Source of the DNA: Saccostrea cucullata
Lineage: Eukaryota
Reading direction: 5' to 3'
NCBI RefSeq assembly: GCF_032062105.1
Contig: NW_026934446.1
Span: 1 to 60,309 of the forward strand
DNA: 60,309 nt
Program-made: the position numbers and the translations under genes
Shown: positions 1-12,600 of the stretch, piece after piece
Numbering within the stretch: the first letter of the stretch is position 1
Layout of the letters: every line of letters begins with the position of its first letter
Notes under the pieces: model-generated
Told to the model about the DNA's origin: nothing
Database searches by the model: none
The model's input: only the letters and a program-made list of their open reading frames with translations

Positions 1-394
1 GGATCGGGTGCCATGGAGGAGTGAGCATCCCCTGCCCACCGGTCACACCCGCCGTGTGCTCGTTGTCATAATCAGGAAATAACGGAAAAAATCCGTGGTC
101 GATTCAGTGTATAAATAATGGACTAACAATTGGTATGAAAAACGTCAGTCAGCATTTCATTCAATGATAAAATGTATTTGCTGACAAGCTCATTGTATCG
201 ACCATAGAATTTACGAAATGATGACTTTAAACGAGACTGTTGATATTCTTGTTTCATCAACTTGCTTGTCAATAATTTACCTCGTTAAGAAATTGTTCAT
301 ACGTAGAGCATGCTCTTGCGTATCGAATCAACTGAGATATAAATACTCCGTATGCAGGTGATGAAGGTATATTGCTGCATAAGTAAGGGAAGTT

Positions 395-3300
395 TTTTTT
401 TTTTTTTTTTTTTTTAAATAAATTTATTAATAATTATGCACGCCCCATTACAATTTCTAACTAACCCGGGCCAGGATAGTTAGTATAACAAAAATAACAG
501 AACAACATATCTTAATTAAAGCATTTCTACAAATGACACCATCTTATTTTTATACATGTGAGTTTTTGTTAAATTCAGAAAAATGATCATATTGTTTTTA
601 ATATTTGTTTTGACATAAGAAAGTAACATATCTTTTGTTTCAGTTTTGTTCGTAACTCTACAAAACACTTTAAATTTATATATCTTATATGCTATGAAAG
701 ACACAAAGGTATTTAAAAATTGAATTTTGGAATTCCGTTCAGAATAAAAACCTAGGACGACATGCTTCCACTGTACATCAAAATTTAACACAGAACTCAG
801 ATTTTTCCACAGTATATGAACATGTTCACAATCAAAAATTAAATGTCTAATATCTTCAATTTCGTCACACATATTACATAAAGCAGAAGCTCTATATTTG
901 CATTTAAAAAGAAAACTGTTACAACACAATGTATTATTCAACAATTTGTAATTAAATTCACATATTCTTTTGTCATAGATATTCTTAACCTTGTTTCTAG
1001 ATATATCCTTCCAACTCTCTTGAGCAACAGAAAATAGTTTTTTATACATAAATTGATGGCCTGGAGCTTTAAATTTCTTAAAGAGTAAATTATCGTAAGA
1101 AAAATTACATTTTTTATCTTCAATACAATGTACACCATTTACAAAATTAAAATAACACTTCCCTATACTTTGTATGTATGCACAACAAGTCATATTGAAG
1201 ATTTTTTCTAGATTGCTGTTTTTATTATTTTGTATTCACACATCCACTTCGATTTTTGTTTTAAATCACCGGACAACTCTTGAAGAGTTTTAAATTTTCC
1301 ATTTTTGTTAAAAATGTCTTTAATATGTGTTATCCCACTTTTGATCCAATGTTTAAAACATATTGTTTTGTTTTCATATTTAAACATATTATTATTCCAT
1401 ATTGGTTGTTGAGCAAAACTTACATTAGACAATTTCGTTTCATCTATGTATCTTTTGCAATCGTTAAAACTGCAAAATACTTCTTTATAAAAAACCGGAA
1501 GGTTTGAAATGATTTGAAAGTCTGAGGGTTTTGTCTCTGATAATGTTAATAGATAATTAATATCAATATTAAGGCGATTTAAATATCCTCTTACTATTTC
1601 GCCGATTATACAGTTTTCTTTTATTAAATATCTAGTCCATGCTGCCTTTAAGGCCTTAAATTTCAATTCAATATCTATCACACCTATTCCACCATCTTCC
1701 TGTTTTCCGATCACAGTATCTCTTTTAATCCTATCTCGCTTTTTCCATATAAAGTTAAATATACTTTTCTTAATTTGTCGAGTATGTTCGGGATCGGGCA
1801 TTGGTAATATTGAAGCCATGTATATAAGTTGTGACGTAGCTAAAGAGTTAACGACACATGCTTTTCCAAAAATAGTCAATTTTCTTTTTTTCCAAGATTC
1901 AAAGAGTTTTTCCATATTTTGAAAAGTCTTTAGCCAGTTCAATTCATAACATTGAATTTTATTATGGCCAATGTGTATACCTAAACATCGAACAGCATCA
2001 TTTGTTACCTGGATACCTTCTATGTTAGTGTATTTATCTTTTAGACTACCCAATAATATACATTGTGTTTTGCTTATATTGACCTTTGAACCAGCGTGTT
2101 TACAAAAATCATTAACAGTCTTAACTGCAACCTTCAACGAAGATATATTTTTTAAAGCCAATGTGATATCGTCTGCATGCTGAATATTTTTAATATCCCT
2201 TTTCATATTTGAAACATTGATACCTTGTATTTCATTGTTATTTTTAATTTTTAAGGCCAGTATTTCTGCAACAAATAGATACAATAGAGCTGAAATAGGG
2301 CATCCTTGTCTAATACCTCTATTCATGCTACATGTTTTAGAAATCCAACCATTGTTTTTAATTCTGAATATTGGTTTATTATATAGAATTCGGATCCATT
2401 GAAGAAAATTATCACCGAAGTTAAATTTTTTTAAAACTTGAAAAAGAAAATTCCACTCAACCGAATCAAAAGCTTTTTCAAAATCTAAAAATAATAATAT
2501 TCCGTCTTTTTCATTTTCCATGCAGTATTCATAAATGTCTAAAATCAATCTTGCATTTATACCTATGTAACGACCTTTGATATATGCTGATTGTTCATTG
2601 CTAATTAATTTATCTATGACGCATTGTAATTTTTTTGCGAGAACAAAAGCTATAATCTTGTAATCGGTATTTGTTAAACTCAATGGTCTGTAGTTTTTAA
2701 GGTTATTCTTGTCTCCCTTTTTAAATAAAAGAGTGATAAGTGCCAATCGCTGAGAATATGGTAATTCGTCTTTTTCAAATACAGTTGACAACACATCATA
2801 AAAGAGAGGTCCAATTTTGTTCCAAAAACATTTATAAAATTCCCCTGGTAATCCATCTAATCCGGGAGATTTGTTACTTTTTAAATTGTATACCACATCC
2901 GAGCATTCATCAAATGTTGGAAATGTGTCACAAAACTTTCTATCGCGATCACTAAGTTTTGGACATTCAATGTCTTGTAGATATGAAGAAATATTGTTTC
3001 CATCAACAGATTTGCTTGTATATAAGTTTTCGTAAAAAAGACACATTTCTTGTAAAATTTCACTATTACTTGCAAAGGTTTTATTATTCTTTTTTAATTC
3101 AGTTATTGTATTATTCGTTTGATGTTTCTTTTCTAGACCTAGAAAGAAACTGGTATTTCGCTCTCCCTCACTTATCCATTGCGCTTTTGATCTTATTTGA
3201 GCTCCTTTAGCAATTTTATCATACATTGCATCTAGTTCTTTTTCTAGTTTTCGCTTTTCATTCATATTAATTTCTAGACTAGGCAAAGATTCAATTTTAT

Positions 3301-3889
3301 CGATTTTTTCCTCAAGTAGTTTTATTTTATATTTTATATTATGTTTGGATTGTTTCGCGTATTTAATAGAGTAATCACGTACACTTATTTTAAAAGTTTC
3401 CCATTTTAAAATTGGATCTAGCGTTTCATCAATGTTGTTATATAATTCCTCTATACCTTGTTTGTAATCATCATTCTCAAGGTGAGATACATTCAATTTC
3501 CAGTAACCTGCACCTCTATCTAATTTATTCAGATTTAAAGTACATTTAAGATATCTGTGGTCACTTAATCGAGTGTTATTATTATGAGTACCAGGAATTC
3601 TTCTGACAATGATATTTTTTACATTTTTTATAAAGTCTTTACTTACAAAAATATAATCAATCCTACTCTTTGGACAATTTTCTGCATCACACCAAGTGTA
3701 ACCGTTATTATTAGGATTCTTATTAATCCATACGTCGACTAAGTCGAATTTATTTACCAGTTTACTTAATTTTTTATTGGATTTGTCATTTTCTTTATCA
3801 AAATTGCAATTGAAATCACCTCCTACTATGATTGTACTATCTTGCGCAGAGAACGAAGAAATATATGTGTTTAGAGTTGATAGGAATGC
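395..3889 (-). mobile_element. 5'-truncated L1/Tx1-type LINE inserted in the PLE
   Basis: Poly(A) tail (T-run 393-415), AATAAA near 423-428 on the minus strand, 15-bp TSD TAAGTAAGGGAAGTT at 380-394 and 3890-3904. The empty site is visible in the sister PLE at about 29795-29815. Confidence 0.93.
516..3889 (-). pseudogene. LINE ORF2 (truncated AP-endonuclease, RT, C-terminal Zn-binding domain) with one frameshift
   Basis: APE motifs GGDFN, SRIDYIF, SDH; RT motifs KSPGLDG, NYRPLSL, LDFEKAFD, GIRQGCPIS, QHADD; CxxC..H..C motif (CNMCDEIEDIRHLIFDC) in ORF 516-1193. The two ORFs are in different frames, with the shift near 1210-1225. Confidence 0.9.
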
Positions 3890-4683
3890 TAAGTAAGGGA
3901 AGTTGACGATAGAAAAGTTAAAGTCATCACGTTTATCATATAGCCTGGTTGTTAGATTACCATTAGTGTCTTTTTCAAGTAAAATATTCAAGTATGAAGC
4001 AGAAGTGTCGGACTCTGTGGTATCTTTTATCTCAAGCTCACCACGATAAATCGTGTCGACGTAGGAATGGAAATTATCATTATTAATTGACAATACGTCG
4101 TCGATATATCTAAATGTCGAGTTGAAGGCCACAGCAAGTGTTTTCTTCTTCTCACGCAAAAGATTTTGCATAAATTCTGCTTCATATGAATATAAAAATA
4201 AGTCTGCTAATAACGGAGCGCAATTGGTACCCTGGGAATTCCAATAGATTGTTGGAATACCTGGTCTCCAAAAACCACATAGATATTGTCAATCAGAAAC
4301 TCAAGCATCTTCTTGATGTCAACTTCAGAGTACTTATGTGTGCAATCAGAATCTGTTTTAACAAAATAATTCTTCAAATGACCAATGACGAGGTAAGTAA
4401 ACTTACGAGTTCCATTTTTGTTGAAGAAGCAGCTGTCAATGATATCAAAAAGCCTGGATTTTAATTTGTCGTGGGGAATTGTTGTGTATAAAGTTGAAAA
4501 GTCGTAAGTTTTTATGCTGTTGATTTTTGTAAAGTCTTGTGATTTCAAATTGTCCAAAAGTTCTTTAGAATTTTTAAGTATCCACATCTGATTTACACCA
4601 CTTCTTGAACATATAGTTGTACAGTACTCTTGAAGTTTTTCCTTCACTACTGTCAATATTTTAGTGAGAAGTAACGAAAGAGG

Positions 4684-5145
4684 TAGAGCTGGGTATCGCG
4701 GCTGAAAAATCGTATCGCGATATATTGCAATATTATATTTTGTATTGCAATATATCACAATATAATTTTTTTAATAAATTTTGATTTTCATCAATGTTAA
4801 ATGAAAACACAAACTGAAATTACATGTATTCTCGAGTTGATATTGCAAGTTTTTTTGTGGCAAAACTTTAAGAATCAAGTTGAAATATTCAGATTCTGCT
4901 TTAACATGAAGGGCTTTCATGTAACAGTTGTCGTCTTTTCGTCTCTGACAGACATGTCTCTGGTTTCCGATCAAACTTCACGTTGCTTGCCGCCATATTT
5001 TACATTGGAAAGGGCAAATAACTCTTTTTGTAACAATTAATAGCATATCGAACCCGAACCGGTATTTACAAAAAAATACCGCGATACGTATTGTGAAGAA
5101 CGAAATCGGGATACACCGGTTAACCGGTAATATCGCACAGCACTA
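4684..5145. mobile_element. hAT-like non-autonomous DNA transposon (MITE) nested in the PLE
   Basis: 8-bp TSD GAAAGAGG at 4676-4683 and 5146-5153; imperfect TIRs TAGAGCTGGG / TAGTGCTGTG. It splits the PLE peptide CSTKPLS|LLLTKIL. Confidence 0.8.
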
Positions 5146-6759
5146 GAAAGAGGCTTGGTTGAACATTTACTGGAACCCGCAATGTATCTTTGTTTGTAAG
5201 GATTCTTATGAAGTTTCGGAATCCAATATATATAAGGTAGTTCAAATTCATTTTGGCTCTGTGGAATATTAAAAGTATTCAAAACTGACAGGTGATTTTG
5301 AAGAATTTCTTCCTTAGAAAGAGAACTATATGTATAAGTAGGATTACCACTTGTAGAATTAAACCCAAGTTCTTCTAGAATGCAATTTATATAATGAGCC
5401 TTACAAACGAAGACAATGTTGTTACCTGCTTTGTCGGCAGGAACCAATACGTATTGATCGTGTCATCTATCTAATTCTTTTTTCACTTCTGGTTTATTGA
5501 ACACAGAAGGATAGATGGTTTTCATTTTGCCCCTCAATCTTTTAATACGTGACTTTAACATGGATCTGATACATTTAATCCATTCTGACAAGGTGTCAAT
5601 GTCTTCTTTTTCATATCTGGCCCATCGTCTGGCGTAAGTGCTGGAGGCCTAACGGACCATAATTTGCTACATAATCTTTCTTTATTGACTTTGGTCTGCC
5701 GCAACCATTATTCGAATACAACGCATATTTTTCATGTATATTCGTGTTATTTAAGTCGTTGATTCATTATACCAAAGCTTAAGTAATTAAGAAGTATCAT
5801 ACATTTTTGTTAAGCTGTCATCTATTTTTTCTCACTAGGTACTTTTTTCTACGTTCTGATTTAATACAAAATATTTTTTTTTAACGGGAAGTACTTAAAA
5901 TTTCCTGTACGAATTAATCATAAAAAATTTAAGTTTTTCCTCTGCATTCCATATTTTTTGAAATGTTGCACTCTTACCATACTTATCTAAATAGCATGTT
6001 TGATTTCCATTGTAATAATAGATACCGTCTTCGATCTGAATATAGCTTAGACCTGTGTGTACCATTTTATAAATATAAACCCATCAAATCCTCTGGTGCT
6101 GTCTTTAGAAATTGTTTATTAGACGGGGTCACGTGATATATCAAAGATTGCAGAAATTGTTTCGATAGAAATATGAAAATTCTGTATCAAACTGAAGAAA
6201 GTGATATGAACTTTTTTCTAAATCAAGTTTATGTAGCATTTTGTAAATGCAAGCTCAAAATATTAATTATAATACACACTAGTACACAAATTACTCTCCT
6301 GCGTAGTATTACGACTTCGTATGCATCATCCATTGTTTACTTCCGGAAAAATATTAATTTGGATTACGTGAAATTCGGACGGTTCAAAAAGGTTTCTAGA
6401 CTTAGCAATTATTGAAATTTGTACATCAAATTAAATGAAAAACGCGAATTTGTATTATTTTTTTAGTATGTTGATTCTAAAAATTTTCAAAAATCGTTAA
6501 AAAAAAAACCCTCAAATTTGTGAAATCTAGCATGAAAATTATTTTGACCCCGTCTTTCAGTACTGTCTCAGTACTTTGATTTTTTTTATATATATAAAAA
6601 ATCTCAAACACTGAATGCCTTCAACTATCCAGTCAAAAAATGTAGTATAAAAAATGTCAAAATAATTTATGATTATTTCTTGATTGTGTTTATTTGAAAA
6701 TGTATACATATTTATTATATTTTTTTGCACTAATCGTGTCACCCTCTTTAAATAAAGTA

Positions 6760-6761
<2 letters not shown>

Positions 6762-6812
<51 letters not shown>

Positions 6813-6820
6813 ATTATTAT
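6762..6820. repeat. (ATT)n microsatellite
   Basis: Directly visible run of attattatt. Confidence 0.95.
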
Positions 6821-7139
6821 CTAATTGCATAACAGGCACTTATCACATATGAAAATGTTGATTCTCAATTTTTGAAACCTTATATACTATTGCAAATACT
6901 TTGCTGAGTAAATTTGTTCGAACCAAATTGAGTTTATTTAGTAACAAAATAGTTGAGTTATTATCCATCTGTTATAAATCTAATCAGACAAAATTTAAAA
7001 AAAAATGTTTTGAAAATAAGGATGTGATAAAAAAGTGTAATTGAAAATATTTTTTTTTAAATTAAAGGTTGTATTCATTTAATGGCGAAGATAGAGCCCT
7101 GACACTTCAACTATTATACGTAGTGAATCCAGTCAGATC

Positions 7140-7767
7140 ATGTCTTTATCCAAGTGCTACGCCTCTACACAAGAAACAACAAACACTGCTCGACTGGCGA
7201 GACTTATACTGGGTCCATGTACTGATGTGTTACGTGATATTCTAAAGACAGAAGTGAAGCCATCTGATTTGTCCAGAAAGGTTAAAGAATTTACAGATAA
7301 ACTTTCACATGGACAAAGAAATCCACTCAACAAAACACAATCAGAGATAATTTTCCCCAAACACACGAAACAATACAGTAGTGATTACTCAGACTTAGAC
7401 ATATCTTTTTTGTATTTACTTCTACGCAATGTAAGTAAAATATCATCACATTCCAAAGGTTGGGGAGAGATTCCGAATCCCGGAGACAGAAGCGTGGCAG
7501 CCAACATTGAAAGAATTCGCCTCATTAGAAACCAGTATTACGGACATTCAGCTGATTTGTCCCTGTCCGATTCAGAATTTAGACAGGAATGGCGGAACAT
7601 CCGGGACATTGTAATGGAGCTAGAGCGACACCTAGGAACAACCACGATATACCAGGATGCAGTCAACGAGATAAAAACCTGCTCCATGGACCCAGAACAA
7701 GAGAAGAAATACTTAGATTTACTTGGAGATATCAGAGAACTTCATACAACTGTGGATTATTTATCGA
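7140..7767 (+). CDS. Exon encoding the DZIP3-like HEPN domain (copy 1)
   Basis: ORF 7140-7775 with donor GTAAGT at 7768; Rx5H motif RNQYYGH; in-frame stop upstream of the ATG. Confidence 0.85.
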
Positions 7768-9607
7768 GTAAGTAATTATAATCCTTCCTGTTATTTATGG
7801 CTTAATGATTCTTTACTGGGAATATTTTGATGAATTTAGACAGGAATGGCAAAGCATTCAAGATTTTAGACATTACTTATCATAATACTTAATAAACATT
7901 TCATCAGATTGATAATTATCAGATGTTGAAATATAAAAATTAAAAAAAAAAATATCTAACTTTTAATTTATTGTATCTATTCCTATTTCGTAGGTAATAT
8001 GCTGATGATGCGAAGAGAATTGGCGCTTCACGGTAAATATCTCATATAAGTTGCATGTCATGATGATCGTATAAATGAGATGATCAAAATAGGAAATCCA
8101 GTTTGCCACAATGAAAAGTATTACTGATACTACAAAGCACATCAGTAATGCACGATATGTGGGATTTCATGAAATAGCAAAATGCGACAACTATGCTCAG
8201 GTTCTTAGAAAGAGTTTATACATTCCTGTTTCGCAATACATTCTTTAAATAAACAAACTCGCTGACTTCAGTCCATTATAAATTTTCTGATGAATATATC
8301 ATGAAATATAACTTCTTTTACAGATTTATTATTTTTTTGTAGATCCAAGACTTGCAAGAAGGATCGGTACGATAATATTAAGATAAAATAGATATCAAAT
8401 AAATAGCTTGATATTTCATATTTAGATATTCAAGGATGCCTACTGGTAACAAAAGACAACAAAATTTAGTATGTTAATAATGCATGTTTGTTTATTTTAT
8501 GGAAAAATTCCTGGTCTTAAAGGCCTAGATAAGATCCAGTACGCCATTAGAGCCTTAATGGCATAATGAAAGAAATTAATATCCGTGTTCCTTTCATTAA
8601 CATACTTATTGAAAAATGCGGAGGATGTATTTCCTTTTTTAATTTTCTTCATGAATTCGTTGATTTATATATCATTAATCATTTGTGTCAGTTCTGTGAA
8701 ATTTATTATTAGATGATTTTAACACCAGCAAGTGATCACATTTTGTCCAGCGTCTTCCTGTCTGTCCGTCTGTAAGCTTTTCACAATTTCAACAGGTGAA
8801 GGGGATTCAAATTTGTTCAAATGAAGTACCATGCCCAATTACAGGGTGAGACAATTAAGAATTTCTTTAAAAAATGAAATTCTCAAAAATCTTCCTCACA
8901 AGAACCACTCTGTCAGGAAAGATGAAACTCAGGTAGTATAAGTTCAAGTTTATTTAAATCATGACCTTTAGGGGTTAAGTGGGGCCACAATGGACGATCA
9001 CAGATTTGTAAAGGAATTTTTTTTAAAAAAAAAAGCATACTCAGGTGGTGTAGATTCATGAATTGTTCAAATTATGTCCTTGGGGCTAGGGCGGGCCACA
9101 ATGACCAATCAAAGTTTTACATAGATATATAAAGCAAAAAAAAAATCTTTAAAAAACCTTTTTCTTGAGAACAGCAAAGACATAATTCGTCATATTTATA
9201 TGGACGCATCCATGTTATAGTGAAGATTCAAGATTGTTTAAATCATGACTCCCGGGGGTGGGGTGCGGCCAGTATGGACAATCACAATTTTACATAGGAG
9301 TATTCTAAATATGAAAAAATATTCTCAAGAACAAAAAAGATGATTGGTTTTGTTTATATGGAAGCATCCTCGGGTAGTTTAGATGCAGATTTGTTACAAT
9401 CATGACCCACGCATTCTTACCCCCGGTTGGGTGGGACCACAATAAAAGTTCAAACTTATAGGGAAAAGTCACAGTTCGTCAAACAAATATGTAAGCGTTT
9501 TAGTTAGTATGCATTCAAGTTTGCATAGTTTGCTCAAATCAACCCCCTTTTTAGGATCGGGACCACTTAGGCATTTACTAAATCGTTTTTGTCCTAGGCA
9601 CAGTACC

Positions 9608-9639
<32 letters not shown>

Positions 9640-12600
9640 ATACAATATAATTCCTGTAGTCTAAATTGATTAATTATCTTTGAAGCTAAAACACTCTTGA
9701 CTTTAAGCAACAATACAATTTTGCACATACCATTGAGCATATCACCGTTAATTAATAAATAGATAAATTCTGGAATCTTAGAGACATTAAGTCCATGTTC
9801 CTTAAAGATAACTATCATTTCTTTTCAGAAACAACTAAGAAAATGATACAAAAACATTATGAAGCTGTTGGTCATCTATTTGTAAAAACTCATGCGTTTG
9901 AGAGAGCCAAGGAACTGTTGGACAATAACGGTTATGTCGTCATCAAGGGAAACCCCGGGACTGGAAAAACCACAAATGCCAAGATGTTGATGAAAGAATT
10001 GATGGATGAGGGGGAATCTCCTCTTCAGCTTTACAAGTTCAAAGACTTGTACGGTAACATATCACCGGGTGATGGTATAGTGGTATTTATCGACAATTTA
10101 TTTGGAGAGTTTTCTTTATCCAGCGATGAGATTCAAGAATTTAAAGCTAGAAAAGATATGATAAAGGTTTTAATTGAAAGTGACATAGATAATGAATCAA
10201 ACAAATTTATTTTTACACTTAGAAATGATATATATCAAGAATGTGTACAGAACCAGCGCGATGACAATTTTTTGATGTCGTCCTTGGTTGACCTGTCAAG
10301 CAAGGAAAATGCATTGATAAAAGAAGAAATATTACAGTTTTCAGAAAAATATGAGCTTTCTGAATACATAGAAGACAAAGAACTTATTCATAAGGTATAT
10401 GAAATGCCACTAACTATAGGATTTCCACAATGTTGTAAGTTAGCAAGAAGTAATGAAGCTTTTAAACAAAACGTATTTGTATTTGTAAAAAATGCAATGA
10501 TGTTTATGAGCGACTACTTCAAAACATTAATGAAAAAACAAACTGTAAAAACTGCTGTTTTAGCATATGTTCTCCTGAGTGGAGGAAAAGTAGATTTTGA
10601 ATTAATTGACAATCCCCGACTGGATTTAGAGATGAAGCACGCTTCTTTAGAATTTGTAGGTCTACAAAACTCGTATGTTAACGATTTCCAGGACAGTATT
10701 TTTTGTTTTGAGGGATTTTTAATTATACATGACACGATAGAAAACACCTACAGATTTTCCCATAGTTCAGTTCAGGAATCCCTTTTCAGTGTCTTGTTTA
10801 ATTTTGATTCTGAAAAAATTATCCAAATGTGTTATCCGTCCTTACTTCTTACATTGACGACATGTAAAAACCCCAAAAGTACACAAGTCTACATAGAACA
10901 AAGCTTGTTTAAATATGTTGTCCGCCGCGTTGCAAATATAATTGGAAAAAGGTCTGTGATAGGATATTCCTCAATATCATCACTGGATTTATGGAATGAT
11001 TCAAACTTCCATGAGCACGTATTACAATCTGAGGATTGCACATCGAAGTTTAAAACATGCCGTGATACCAACGGTGATTCAATGTTTGTGCATTTTTCGA
11101 AGGTGGGAAATAAGCGATGGGTTGAATATTTACTTCCGAATTCAAAAAAAAGACAAAGATACAGATCACTTAACGCCGCTTGCTCTAAAAATCAACCCGA
11201 CATTGTTAATCTCATTTTGTCAACAGATGTGGAATGTGATCTTCAAACATGTTTTTATGCTGTACAGAGTGGTAATATAGAGTTATTGCTCCGAATTTGT
11301 GAGCTTGTTGATGTTCATCAAATTTCTCATTCCTTACATCCTGTCTGGAGTTGTTTAAGACATAGCTTACTTCAGGAAATCTGTTTTATGCAACACACAC
11401 AATTAATTGAACACGTTCTAGAAAAATTTTCATTCCTTGTAGATATTAAGGACAGCCAGGGCTCTAATGCATTACAAGGTGCAGCAAGTTCTGGGGACAA
11501 ACATGCATTTAATCTTTTGTTAAAGTTTGGCTTTGATCCTTATGAAAAAGATCGAGACAATGGTCACACTGTTCTTACTTGTGCTTGTCAGGATGGAAGG
11601 ACAGACATGGTAAAATATCTTATTGAAACATATCCTGCATTACTCCAGGAACACACAGATGTTCGTGGAAAAAGTCTTCTGCATTGGGCAGCTTTCAGTG
11701 GGAATATAGATATGTTTGAATATATGCTTAACCTCTTTGAGAATGAAAATATATTACATGTACCAAGTGACAATAAACCAAAGGGATATAAAACAGATAA
11801 TTCAGGTCAATCTATCCTGCACGCTGCATGCAAAAATGGGCATTATGATATGTTTGAATATTTATTAAACAGATACCCTCAATTACTGGATGTCTGTGAC
11901 AATGATGGTAAAAATATTCTCCATTACACAGCCCTAGGTGGCAACATAGATCTTTTTAAGTACTTAGTTGAGAATTATCCCCATCTGTTAGACGTCAAAG
12001 ACAAATTTAGTAAGACAGTTTTGCATGACGCAGCCTGGGGAGGCAATGTTCAAATAGTAAAACCGTTGATTGAGAAAAAGATGGACATCAATGCCCTACA
12101 GGGAGATGGTGAAACAATTTTACATCTGTGCTGTCGTTCAGGCAAAATGGAGATGTGTGAGTATTTGGTCAAACATTTCTCGGATTTATTGGCAATCAGG
12201 GACAATAGAGGATGGACAGTGTTACATTCAGCTTGTAATGGAGGAAGTGTTGAAATTATTTCTTTTCTTATAGAAAAAGGGATGGATTTCAATGCCTTGT
12301 CGAAAGATGGTAAAACTATCTTGCATATAGCATGTCTCAATGGGAAGTTTGAAGTTTGTGAATACTTAGTTGAGAATTATCCCCATCTGTTAGACGTCAA
12401 TGACAAATCTAGTGAGACAGTGTTGCATGATGCAGCCCGGGAAGGCAATGTTCAAATAGTAAAACTATTGATTGAGAAAAAGATGGACATCAATGCGGTA
12501 CAGGGAGGTGGTGAAACAATTTTACATCAGTGTTGTCGTTCTGGTAAAATGGAGATGTGTGAGTATTTGGTCAATCATTTTCCAGATTTATTGGAGATAA

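Larger units (their letters stand above)
1..5638 (-). mobile_element. Penelope-like retroelement (Naiad-type, RT region), disrupted, with two nested insertions
   Basis: Minus-strand PLE RT motifs in order: LVPADKAGNN, PYIYWIPKLHK, TYDFSTLYT, QSIGIP(M)G (1-bp deletion near 4232), FRYIDD, LYDKRDDF, then thumb-like YGVFISQLIRYARAC at about 300-360. No GIY-YIG follows the RT, which fits N-terminal-EN (Naiad) PLEs. 3' end runs off the window start. Confidence 0.85.

Noticed and set aside
4186-4464. Short ORFs 4186-4464 (+) and 29233-29454 (-) with similar peptides
   Set aside because: Antisense shadows of the PLE RT.
5463-5465. In-frame TGA in the PLE ORF (ELDR*HDQYVLVPADK) as a possible selenocysteine
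   Set aside because: Some Naiads use Sec, but this position most simply derives from Leu TTA by one substitution, and the copy has other disabling lesions.
8426-8445. Possible extra micro-exon (AG..GT), conserved in both NLR copies
   Set aside because: 20 nt would break the frame, and the surrounding intron is equally conserved.
9795-9828. ATG at 9795 (and 38655) as a start codon
   Set aside because: MFLKDNYHFFS is polypyrimidine tract ahead of the acceptor; splicing joins the upstream exons in frame.
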